Shown here one piece after another: positions 30,150-38,255 of a stretch of DNA of 64,000 nt. Position numbers and translations under genes: made by a program. Under the pieces are notes generated by a model. It was not told the DNA's origin. It did no database searches and saw only the letters and a program-made list of their open reading frames with translations. Origin of the DNA: a virus; the IMG/VR virus record IMGVR_UViG_3300013126_000021, positions 9,404 to 73,403 of that record; one strand, given 5' to 3'. How positions within the stretch are numbered: the stretch's first letter is position 1; the number at the start of each line of letters is the position of its first letter.

Positions 30150-31958
30150 TCATCCTTCACATGCCAAACATTCTTCACCCTGTGCAAGTGCCTTTAAATC
30201 AATTTCTTGAATGACTTGGCGTTCGATCTTCTTGGATACTTTATCTGCCTTTGCAAGTTTTTCGCTTCGGCAATAGTAAAGAGTTTTGAGCCCCTGTTTC
30301 CATGCTTGAAAATGCACAGCATGGAGATACATGACATTTACATCTGGCCTGAAAAAGAGGTTAAGGGATTGTGCTTGGTCAATGAAACTTTGTCGGTGAC
30401 TTGCGTGCTCCACAAGCCATCGCTGGTCAATCTCCATAGCCGTTTTGTATACGTCTTTTTCCCAGTCAGACAAAAACTCAAGGTGCTGTACTGATCCGTC
30501 GTTTGCAATAATACTTGACCAGACTTCTTGATAATCCAATCGCTTGTCAGCATCGCATTTCTCCTTGATGAGTTTGTCTAAATGCTTATTCTTATTAAGA
30601 TAAGCACCTGAAAGAGTATCTTGACGATAAGCATTAGCACGATAAGGCTCAATGGAAGGGCTTGTGTTGCCCATAATAATACTAGAAGAAGCGTTAGGAG
30701 CGATTGCCATCGTATGACTAAACCTACGTCCGGTTCCTTTGGCATCAGGTGCTTCACCGCGTTCTTTACCCAATTCAAGATTTGCATCGTTAAGTTTTTC
30801 ATTAATGTGTTTAAAGATTGTTCTGTTCTTTCCGATTGCAAGAGGTGATTCCCACGGGAGGTTACTTTTTTGTAGATATGCATGAAAACCGAGGGCACCA
30901 ACACCAATAGACCGTTCCATGCTAGCAGAATATCTTGCGCGTGATATGCTGTCAGGAGCATTATCAATGAAATACTGTAGAACGTTATCAAGCATTTCTG
31001 CCACGTCCCGAAGAAAAAGTTTGTTATCTTTCCAATCATCATAATACTCCAAATTCAAAGAGGATAAACAGCACACGGCCGTCCTGTCTTTATCTGTCGG
31101 TAACACAATCTCAGAACAAAGATTCGACTGGCGAATTTTCAAACCAAGTGCTTTTTGAGATTCAGGCATCATTTTATTACTTGTATCAATAAAATGAATG
31201 TAGGGTTCACCAGTCAACATTCTGGTTTCTAGAATTTTTTGCCATAGTTCTTTTGCAGAAACAGTTTCTTTAATTTCACCGTTGTTTGGATCCTTCAGAT
31301 GCCATGAATCGTCAAAATCGGATTCTAGCATGCTTTTTTCAATCAACTCCATGAAATCGTCTGTAATATTAATTCCATGGTGCAGATTTAGGGCTCTCAT
31401 GTTAGGATCACCCGTAGCCTTTCTCATCTCAAGAAAAATAAGAATATCAGGATGGGAAATATCAAGATAAGCAGCATAGCTACCACGACGAGTACGCCCT
31501 TGGCGATAAGCCAAAGAGCTAGCATCATAGGTACGAAGATGAGGCATAATACCAGTAGACTTATCATCAGCAGAACGAATTCCAACACCGATACCAATTC
31601 CACCTCCTAACATTGAGAGCCAATTTACTTCCGCAAGACAATCAACCAAGCCCTCTGCGCTATCGTGCAGATATGGTAGAAAGCATGAAATAGGCAAGCC
31701 CCTAGAACTACGCCCAAAAGAAAGAATGGGAGTAGAATAACTGAGCCAATGACGACTACTGTACTCATATAACCTCTGAGCGTGTTCCGGCGAGGAAGAG
31801 AAAGATTTTGAGACATATGCAAACCTTTGTTGTGGAGAAGTTTCTTCTTCACGCATGTAACTTTCTTTTAATCTTTTAAGACCCAATTCATCAAATAATG
31901 AATCTCTCGCATAATCTATTGTAATACCTTGATATTCTGTCATTTTAATTTCCGTCAT
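30150..31958 (-). CDS. nrdA: Ribonucleotide reductase class Ia alpha subunit (short, no ATP cone)
   Basis: ISCFL, SNLCSEI, APNASSS, KTLYY, C-terminal CLACEG. Confidence 0.97.
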   Translation of the reverse strand: MTEIKMTEYQGITIDYARDSLFDELGLKRLKESYMREEETSPQQRFAYVSKSFSSSPEHAQRLYEYSSRHWLSYSTPILSFGRSSRGLPISCFLPYLHDSAEGLVDCLAEVNWLSMLGGGIGIGVGIRSADDKSTGIMPHLRTYDASSLAYRQGRTRRGSYAAYLDISHPDILIFLEMRKATGDPNMRALNLHHGINITDDFMELIEKSMLESDFDDSWHLKDPNNGEIKETVSAKELWQKILETRMLTGEPYIHFIDTSNKMMPESQKALGLKIRQSNLCSEIVLPTDKDRTAVCCLSSLNLEYYDDWKDNKLFLRDVAEMLDNVLQYFIDNAPDSISRARYSASMERSIGVGALGFHAYLQKSNLPWESPLAIGKNRTIFKHINEKLNDANLELGKERGEAPDAKGTGRRFSHTMAIAPNASSSIIMGNTSPSIEPYRANAYRQDTLSGAYLNKNKHLDKLIKEKCDADKRLDYQEVWSSIIANDGSVQHLEFLSDWEKDVYKTAMEIDQRWLVEHASHRQSFIDQAQSLNLFFRPDVNVMYLHAVHFQAWKQGLKTLYYCRSEKLAKADKVSKKIERQVIQEIDLKALAQGEECLACEG

Positions 31959-32319
31959 ATAAAATACTTTTAATATTGGGAGGAGAGTATGTATCCGGTT
32001 TAAGAACTTTTCCGTCCGTTCTTTTTATAAGTTTACCATCTATAGTCTTTGATGCATTTGATCGCGCAACTTCATCCCAAACTTTTTGAAGAGGAATACC
32101 AAGAGAATGACAGAGGCCTTCGATTACCCAAATCAAATCTGCACAAGCATCCGCTGTCTCCACCATATCAAAATTTCTTACTGCCTCCGCAAGTTCATAA
32201 AATTCTTCTTTGACTAGATCCATATACATTGCGGATTGTTGATCAAAATGATGCAACTGTTCATGTACATTTTGATTACCTGCTTTCATAAAATCAGCCA
32301 CATCATTTTTTGTGTTCAT
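31945..32319 (-). CDS. MazG-like/PRA-PH NTP pyrophosphohydrolase
   Basis: EEFYEL...DACADL...SNASK...DGKVLKP. Confidence 0.85.
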   Translation of the reverse strand: MNTKNDVADFMKAGNQNVHEQLHHFDQQSAMYMDLVKEEFYELAEAVRNFDMVETADACADLIWVIEGLCHSLGIPLQKVWDEVARSNASKTIDGKLIKRTDGKVLKPDTYSPPNIKSILYDGN

Positions 32320-32993
32320 ACACTCTCCTGAATAAATTCTTTAGCCATTGGAAAAATAGTTTCAATTACCTTCGCGCATTCAATTGCAATTTCTCTATGT
32401 TCTTTTTGTGTTCCATTAGAAGAACGAAGTTGTATATAGTGAATCCACGAACGAAGCGTTCCCGACATATACAATTTTGATAGTGTTATTCCCTCCGGAA
32501 GTACTGCTCTTGCCTGCTCTTTTGCGATACCCTTATCAATTGCCCATTTATATGCATTTTCACATTCAGTTATTACTCTATTTTGCATTGATTGCCATTG
32601 ATATGCTAAGATTCTCTCTTCATCATTAGACAGGTCCAATTCTTTTGAATTTTGTCTATTTTTGTCATCTTGTTTTCTAGCTTCTTTTAGTAAAAAGCCG
32701 TTATCAGCTACTGCATATCTTTGACTGAATTCTTGAAAACTGAAACTGCGATGCCTCAAAATTTGCCTAGCGATATCTCTTGTTGTATTGATTTCTAGAC
32801 AAACACTCACCATTTCAAACGGCGACCAATGATTATGTTTAATTAAATACCTGACCAATTTTTCTGCGGTCGAATCATTATTTTGATTTGATGGATTCGA
32901 CACTCTTGCCACATAAGCAATTTGTTCCAATAGGTTTTTATTTTCATCATTTCTAGAATAACTAATCAATTTTACATTCATATTTTTTTCCAC
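32316..32993 (-). CDS. thyX: FAD-dependent thymidylate synthase
   Basis: HWSPFE, RHRSFSFQEFSQRY, TQKEH. Confidence 0.97.
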   Translation of the reverse strand: MEKNMNVKLISYSRNDENKNLLEQIAYVARVSNPSNQNNDSTAEKLVRYLIKHNHWSPFEMVSVCLEINTTRDIARQILRHRSFSFQEFSQRYAVADNGFLLKEARKQDDKNRQNSKELDLSNDEERILAYQWQSMQNRVITECENAYKWAIDKGIAKEQARAVLPEGITLSKLYMSGTLRSWIHYIQLRSSNGTQKEHREIAIECAKVIETIFPMAKEFIQESV

Positions 32994-33997
32994 TGTATAA
33001 ACTCCATTTTTGCTCTCAAATTAACAAACGTATTTTTGTCAATGATATCAACTAATTCATCTTTTGAAAAACCGGCTAGTATCATTTCATTTATATCTTT
33101 CTCACGAATCATTTCAGGCCAAATACAAATGGCAAAATGATTTTCAATTGCTTTGTCCATTAAATCACAAATATTTTTATTTCTAGGTTCATTATCAAAT
33201 ATTAAAACAATATTTTCCTTTGGAACAAAATTCGTCGCATTTAATAAATTTGCATCTGCTGTTGCAATACAATTCGGTAGAAATAGGGAATCTATCGGAC
33301 CTTCAGTAACGTAAACTTTTTTTTCTTTATTTACCTTATCGAGACCAAATACTTTTATTGTTTCTGAATTTAATTTTATTGTGATATATCGCAATTTTGA
33401 ATCATTTATTGTTCTACCTTGAACTGCTAAAAGTGAACCATCTTCATCGAAAAAAGGAATAATTAGTCTAGAGTCATTCTCTTTTAAATCTTTATTATGA
33501 TCAGGTTTTATTTCATCAACAAAGTTTTTAAAATCTTCTGCAAAGTATATGTTATCATATGTATCCTCCGGAATCTTTCTAGATAAACAATACTCTCTTG
33601 CCTTATGTGATTTTTCCAAAGTGTTAATCGTCGGTAAATTAATTACCGCCTTCATCTTTGTAAAAACTGGCGTTTCAAACTTTATTTCTGGTTTAGGATA
33701 CTTATATTTACTGTCAGTTTCACCATTCAAATATCTTTCAAGTGAATATTCTTTTGCTAGATTCGCATCCAAAGAATTGATAAAATTATACATATTATAA
33801 CCTATGCTACAATTTTGGCATTTATAGAAATACTCATTCTTTTTTCTATAAATGTACCCTCTTGCTTTTAATACATGTTTTTTTGAATCACCACAAAATG
33901 GGCAACGAAAGTTAAATAGATCATCTTTTTTTTGTGAAAACCTATTTAATTTTGGAGAAAGGAGTTTTAAGTATTTGCGATCAATGAATATAGACAT
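32978..33997 (-). CDS. gp61: DNA primase (T4 gp61-like)
   Basis: CPFCGDS Zn finger, QGR, TEGPIDSLF, DNEPRN, KDINEM. Confidence 0.95.
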   Translation of the reverse strand: MSIFIDRKYLKLLSPKLNRFSQKKDDLFNFRCPFCGDSKKHVLKARGYIYRKKNEYFYKCQNCSIGYNMYNFINSLDANLAKEYSLERYLNGETDSKYKYPKPEIKFETPVFTKMKAVINLPTINTLEKSHKAREYCLSRKIPEDTYDNIYFAEDFKNFVDEIKPDHNKDLKENDSRLIIPFFDEDGSLLAVQGRTINDSKLRYITIKLNSETIKVFGLDKVNKEKKVYVTEGPIDSLFLPNCIATADANLLNATNFVPKENIVLIFDNEPRNKNICDLMDKAIENHFAICIWPEMIREKDINEMILAGFSKDELVDIIDKNTFVNLRAKMEFIQWKKI

Positions 33998-34015
33998 AAT
34001 GTAGTGACATGTTAT

Positions 34016-34453
34016 TTAACCAATAAGTTTCATTATTGTATCAAATTTTATCTGAGAAAGCAACCATGCTATTACAATTATTCCACCTGCTGCCATCCAT
34101 TTCCATTCTAGTATTTTTTTGATATCATTGTCTTCTTTTTGATTATGTTCTTTGATTTCATTATGTAAATTTTTTATTTCGTCCATTATTCGTCTTTCGG
34201 TAAGTTCAAGTTTATCCGAAAGATTTCTATCAACTGTGGTTATTCTGGAATGTAATTCTTTAATGTCTACATTCGTATCGCTTTTTCTTTTTTCCATGTC
34301 CATATATATTTGTGTTACCATACGTTCGTGAGTGGACGACAGTTTTTCTATAACTGTGTCCATTTTATTACAAAGTGATGTTAATGTTGAAACTTGTGTT
34401 TTTAAAACTTCTACATCAACTTTCAGTTCTACTGTATCATCCTGGTTTAACAT
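34016..34453 (-). CDS. Coiled-coil protein with C-terminal TM helix
   Basis: Heptad pattern; WKWMAAGGIIVIAWLL. Confidence 0.75.
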   Translation of the reverse strand: MLNQDDTVELKVDVEVLKTQVSTLTSLCNKMDTVIEKLSSTHERMVTQIYMDMEKRKSDTNVDIKELHSRITTVDRNLSDKLELTERRIMDEIKNLHNEIKEHNQKEDNDIKKILEWKWMAAGGIIVIAWLLSQIKFDTIMKLIG

Positions 34454-34669
34454 TTATTTTTTTGGCACTTGTGTGCCTTCTAATTTTTTATGTACTTTGA
34501 TTTCTTTACAATCTTGTACAGGTTTGCCATCTTTGCCCATAACTTTCTTGCCATCATTCGTGATTTTGTCAACGCAAACCTTTTTTACTTCAGCAGCAAA
34601 AGATATATTATGATAGCTTAGAAGTGGAATAGAACCAACTACGAGAGCAATGAATAGAATTTTTTTCAT
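34454..34669 (-). CDS. Small secreted protein with two Cys
   Basis: Signal-peptide-like N-terminus. Confidence 0.7.
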   Translation of the reverse strand: MKKILFIALVVGSIPLLSYHNISFAAEVKKVCVDKITNDGKKVMGKDGKPVQDCKEIKVHKKLEGTQVPKK

Positions 34670-34923
34670 TTTAACAGCCCTTTATATTTAGGATTAGGTT
34701 GTTCTTCTTTTTTTGCAAACTTTTCTGCTACAGTCACTCCTAGCCCCATGATTGCGATATACATCATGCCATCGTAAAGATGTGGATCTACTTGATACCC
34801 GAAAAATATATTAGCAAAGAAAGCTATTGAACAAAAAATAAATGCAAGAAAAGTTACAACACGTTTACTGCTAATACCATCATCATTTATATTCGATTGG
34901 AAGATAGACAGTAAACTTGGCAT
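34666..34923 (-). CDS. Two-TM holin-like protein
   Basis: SSKR followed by two TM helices; in the lysis cassette. Confidence 0.6.
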   Translation of the reverse strand: MPSLLSIFQSNINDDGISSKRVVTFLAFIFCSIAFFANIFFGYQVDPHLYDGMMYIAIMGLGVTVAEKFAKKEEQPNPKYKGLLK

Positions 34924-35363
34924 TATAGTTCTGGGTGTTGTGTGGGAGGAGGTGCTAGCTTTCCATTGTATCCTACAACAACCGGACCGGTATAATGCAT
35001 TGTCGGAAGGGAAGGTTCTATCTTAGCAGGTTTTGCCGGCTTCTTAACTTCTTCCATAGTTGTTTTGAATGAATCTGTCGCTTGTTTTTGTGCAGCAAGC
35101 ATTGCTTCTTTATCTTCTTTACTAGTGCCCGCAAGCATAATGCCAGACAATGTTCCCGTTAAGAATGTTGCAATCGGCACAATCAACTCAAAGAATTTTT
35201 GATCGATGGGTGACATTGCATCAAGAGGTTGTGTTACAAAAATAATTGAATAGAGAACAACAAACACGATTCCCGTGAGTGTCATTGCAAGACAAATTCC
35301 TACAAAGAATTTAAGTCTCGCCATCAATTGTTCTTCAGTGTAAATCATTGGCTTATTTTCCAT
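34923..35363 (-). CDS. Two-TM membrane protein
   Basis: Two hydrophobic helices, Pro-rich tail. Confidence 0.7.
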   Translation of the reverse strand: MENKPMIYTEEQLMARLKFFVGICLAMTLTGIVFVVLYSIIFVTQPLDAMSPIDQKFFELIVPIATFLTGTLSGIMLAGTSKEDKEAMLAAQKQATDSFKTTMEEVKKPAKPAKIEPSLPTMHYTGPVVVGYNGKLAPPPTQHPEL

Positions 35364-35616
35364 TTTTCACTCCTGCTTGCTGTTGACATGTTGTGCATTG
35401 TGCTGGGGCAACATTTTCAATAGCTTTTTTATTTTTGAATATGTGCTCTGGGCAAGTTCTGGTAACTTCGCATTGAGGTTTTTTGCACATTTCACTTTCC
35501 CAATTTTTGGGGTCTTGGCAAGGATAACGAAATCTATCCGCAGCAAATAGTGCAAGAGTAAGGGGAATGAATAAGATTACAGCAAATGATAGTAGTAGTT
35601 TTTTATCACTCACCAT
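35353..35616 (-). CDS. Membrane-anchored Cys-rich protein
   Basis: TM then RYPCQDP...C...C...CP. Confidence 0.7.
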   Translation of the reverse strand: MVSDKKLLLSFAVILFIPLTLALFAADRFRYPCQDPKNWESEMCKKPQCEVTRTCPEHIFKNKKAIENVAPAQCTTCQQQAGVKNGK

Positions 35617-35617
35617 A

Positions 35618-36238
35618 TCAAACTCCTAGGGCATGTAACGCATGCTCATAATGCTTGATTCTATCATCTAGCCCTATTGTACCACCATTGATTCGCTTAG
35701 TCAATGTCAGAATGTCACCTTTGTCTGCCCATTGATTCAGTTTATTTGTTTCCCAAAACCAACATGCGGATTGTGCAGCACCTTCAAATGTTATTAAATA
35801 CTCAGATGCTTCTTCTGGGCTAATTTCAAGTGATGCAGCAAACCATGTATAGTTGTGTCGCCCTGTAAGTTGTATTAACCCTCGCCCACGAAATCTGAAT
35901 CCGTCTCCGCTTTCTTCATCGCCATTACCCATACGACTTGCATAAATTCGATTCGCAATTGCTTCTTGCTTGTTAGGTCTTGACGCATAGTCCTGAGCAA
36001 TTGCATCGTTCGGAAAATACTTAGGAAATACTTTACGAAGTGACTGCCAACGATAATTAAGATTTTCTACTAGTGCAGTAAATCCTGCCGATTCATGCGA
36101 GCATTGTGCAATGAAAGCGGCAACACGTTGAGGAGTATTGATTTCATATTCAGGCAATAGTTGTTCAAGAGCGGTATGCCAATGCTCAACATAAGGATTT
36201 TTTGGTAGTAATTGTTTTAATTGTTCTTGTGTAATCAT
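35618..36238 (-). CDS. GH19 endolysin
   Basis: AQCSHES, ENLNY, FRGRGLIQLTGR, RINGG. Confidence 0.95.
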   Translation of the reverse strand: MITQEQLKQLLPKNPYVEHWHTALEQLLPEYEINTPQRVAAFIAQCSHESAGFTALVENLNYRWQSLRKVFPKYFPNDAIAQDYASRPNKQEAIANRIYASRMGNGDEESGDGFRFRGRGLIQLTGRHNYTWFAASLEISPEEASEYLITFEGAAQSACWFWETNKLNQWADKGDILTLTKRINGGTIGLDDRIKHYEHALHALGV

Positions 36239-36504
36239 TTTACTTCCTCAAAAATTTTTTTATGCGCTTTGTACCATCCTATCCATGCTTGACTTTTAAT
36301 TGAACATTCGTGGTAAAGTGTATAGTTATCTGTTACAGTTTTTGCCACATCACTTAGTTTTGCATCTTTTTCTAATTTTTTTAAATCAGTACAAGGGGTT
36401 AAAAGTGTTTCTGGTGCAAGAGGAAAATTTTGTTTTACTGGTACTGGTGTTGAAAAACACCCAGTCAATAAAAAACAAAACGATATTATGACAGCAACTT
36501 TCAT
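36235..36504 (-). CDS. o-spanin (Rz1-like lipoprotein)
   Basis: Lipobox LLTGC, Pro-rich, follows the i-spanin. Confidence 0.8.
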   Translation of the reverse strand: MKVAVIISFCFLLTGCFSTPVPVKQNFPLAPETLLTPCTDLKKLEKDAKLSDVAKTVTDNYTLYHECSIKSQAWIGWYKAHKKIFEEVK

Positions 36505-36935
36505 TTTATATTTTCAGTTGCTTGATTGTGCGCATCAATGAAAGTGGGCGGTATTTCACATTTATTATCAAATTTGACAACTTCACGATCAATATATTGA
36601 ACTATATTTTGGCCTCTTTCTTTTACTATTCTTTCTTTATAGACAACCTTTTCAACGACTTTAATTGTTTCTTTCACACCTTTTGCTTCAGCTTCAGCTA
36701 ATTTTGCTTTAACTTCATTTACTTTAGCTAACCAAGATTCATTATTTGCAATTGACCCTGCCATGTAAACACCAATTACAACTAGTATAATTGAAACAAT
36801 TTGTATGGGCGTTCTGTAAATATAAATTGCTGGTATTGGAATAAATTTAATTAAATAAGTTGCAAAGAATCCTAGTAATCCTATTATCAATAAAGCATAA
36901 AAAAACCAATTTGGAATCCATTGAAGTATCCACAT
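36501..36935 (-). CDS. i-spanin (Rz-like)
   Basis: TM helices, coiled coil, C-terminal Cys. Confidence 0.75.
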   Translation of the reverse strand: MWILQWIPNWFFYALLIIGLLGFFATYLIKFIPIPAIYIYRTPIQIVSIILVVIGVYMAGSIANNESWLAKVNEVKAKLAEAEAKGVKETIKVVEKVVYKERIVKERGQNIVQYIDREVVKFDNKCEIPPTFIDAHNQATENIK

Positions 36936-36936
36936 T

Positions 36937-37119
36937 TTAGTTTATCTTAGGTTTTCTTTTTACCATTGGTTGTAGAATTGTTTTCTTTTTTCTTTTTAAA
37001 TAAACACCAGGTTCACCACCCTTTTCACCAGTTCCGGCTATAGCACCACCTGAAACAACGTTCGTTGGTCCTGGTGAACCTCCCATCATATCCTCATTGA
37101 ATTGCTTAAAAGTTTTCAT
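36937..37119 (-). CDS. Small putative head internal protein
   Basis: N-terminus MKTFKQFNE resembles the T4 capsid-targeting sequence. Confidence 0.65.
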   Translation of the reverse strand: MKTFKQFNEDMMGGSPGPTNVVSGGAIAGTGEKGGEPGVYLKRKKKTILQPMVKRKPKIN

Positions 37120-37502
37120 ATTTTCCTTAAAATATCTGCGATATTCATATCAATTAAAATATCACTTGAAAAGATATCTTTACCTTTTATTCCTTTAACT
37201 TTTTCTGGCATATAATTTAAGTATAACAAAAAAGTTTTTAGAACATCGTAATCTTTTTCATCTATTTTAAAAAATAAAATTCTAGTTGCAGGTTCTATAT
37301 CAAAAACATTATAGAGTAATATAATGTGATTTAAAATTAATCTTTCTTTTAATGTCTTTGTGACCTTATATCTTCTAAACAATCTTTTTAAATACTTTGT
37401 CCTCTTTAAATCACTTTCAAATTCACTCATAATACAATGAGGTGAATTATATGCCTTCATAGCATATAAAATAATATTTTCATCATTTAAATCCTCAAAC
37501 AT
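37116..37502 (-). CDS. Conserved T4-like hypothetical protein (ERLILNHII.LYNVF)
   Basis: Recognisable motif, packed ORF. Confidence 0.8.
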   Translation of the reverse strand: MFEDLNDENIILYAMKAYNSPHCIMSEFESDLKRTKYLKRLFRRYKVTKTLKERLILNHIILLYNVFDIEPATRILFFKIDEKDYDVLKTFLLYLNYMPEKVKGIKGKDIFSSDILIDMNIADILRKI

Positions 37503-37507
37503 AATTT

Positions 37508-37532
37508 AAAATGGGCCACCTCAGGTGGCCCA
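37508..37532 (-). terminator. Intrinsic terminator
   Basis: TGGGCCACC-3nt-GGTGGCCCA hairpin followed by TTTT on the minus strand. Confidence 0.75.
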
Positions 37533-37537
37533 ATTCA

Positions 37538-38224
37538 TTACAGAAGAGTGAGAATTGCGTTCGAAGAGGTATATACCGTGTTCGAATTAGCCAAGTTGTT
37601 ATTTGCTGTAATTTGAACACGATAGTAATACAAGTTAGCATCAACGTCAGTTGCATAGACTGTCAATGAGCTTGTCGTGTTACCAACATATGTTGTATTT
37701 GTTGTTATACCATTCGCCGCTGTAGCATAAGTTGTACCATCTGTTGAATATTGCCATAGATATGAAAGTGTTGCATTTTCTGGAACAACAGTTGTAGTAA
37801 CAGAGAATGTTCCGCTATTTCCTGCTCCAGCAATGTATTGTACATTTGTTGGTGATGTAACAAACGTCAATGTCGTATCGACAAGAACAGCATCTTCTGT
37901 GGCTGCTGCATCATTTTGAACTTCTGCGACACAGGCTAATACTTCCCATGTGATACGCCCGGCGCGCCCGCCGGAACCAGTAGTTTTTAATACCCATCCT
38001 GTGCCAGGAATTGTACTGTCCGCTGCCTGCACTTCGAATTTGTCCGCCATGAAAAGACCGACTGTTTCATTCGTAACGTAAACGTCTGAAGTTGTGTTAC
38101 CGAATAATAGAGCAACGTTTGCTGCTGTTGGTGCTGCGGCAGCTTTGTTTACACCAGTTGATACCTGGCTAACAGCCCAATATGGTGCATTTGCTGCATT
38201 ATCGTGATTTCCCCATGAGGACAT
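37538..38224 (-). CDS. Virion structural/decoration protein with C-terminal Ig-like domain
   Basis: YLWQYSTDG...SLTV...YYRVQIT; A/T/N-rich; TAAATA late-promoter motif upstream. Confidence 0.7.
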   Translation of the reverse strand: MSSWGNHDNAANAPYWAVSQVSTGVNKAAAAPTAANVALLFGNTTSDVYVTNETVGLFMADKFEVQAADSTIPGTGWVLKTTGSGGRAGRITWEVLACVAEVQNDAAATEDAVLVDTTLTFVTSPTNVQYIAGAGNSGTFSVTTTVVPENATLSYLWQYSTDGTTYATAANGITTNTTYVGNTTSSLTVYATDVDANLYYYRVQITANNNLANSNTVYTSSNAILTLL

Positions 38225-38255
38225 TTTTTTCTCCCTAAAAGATTCTATTTACTAT

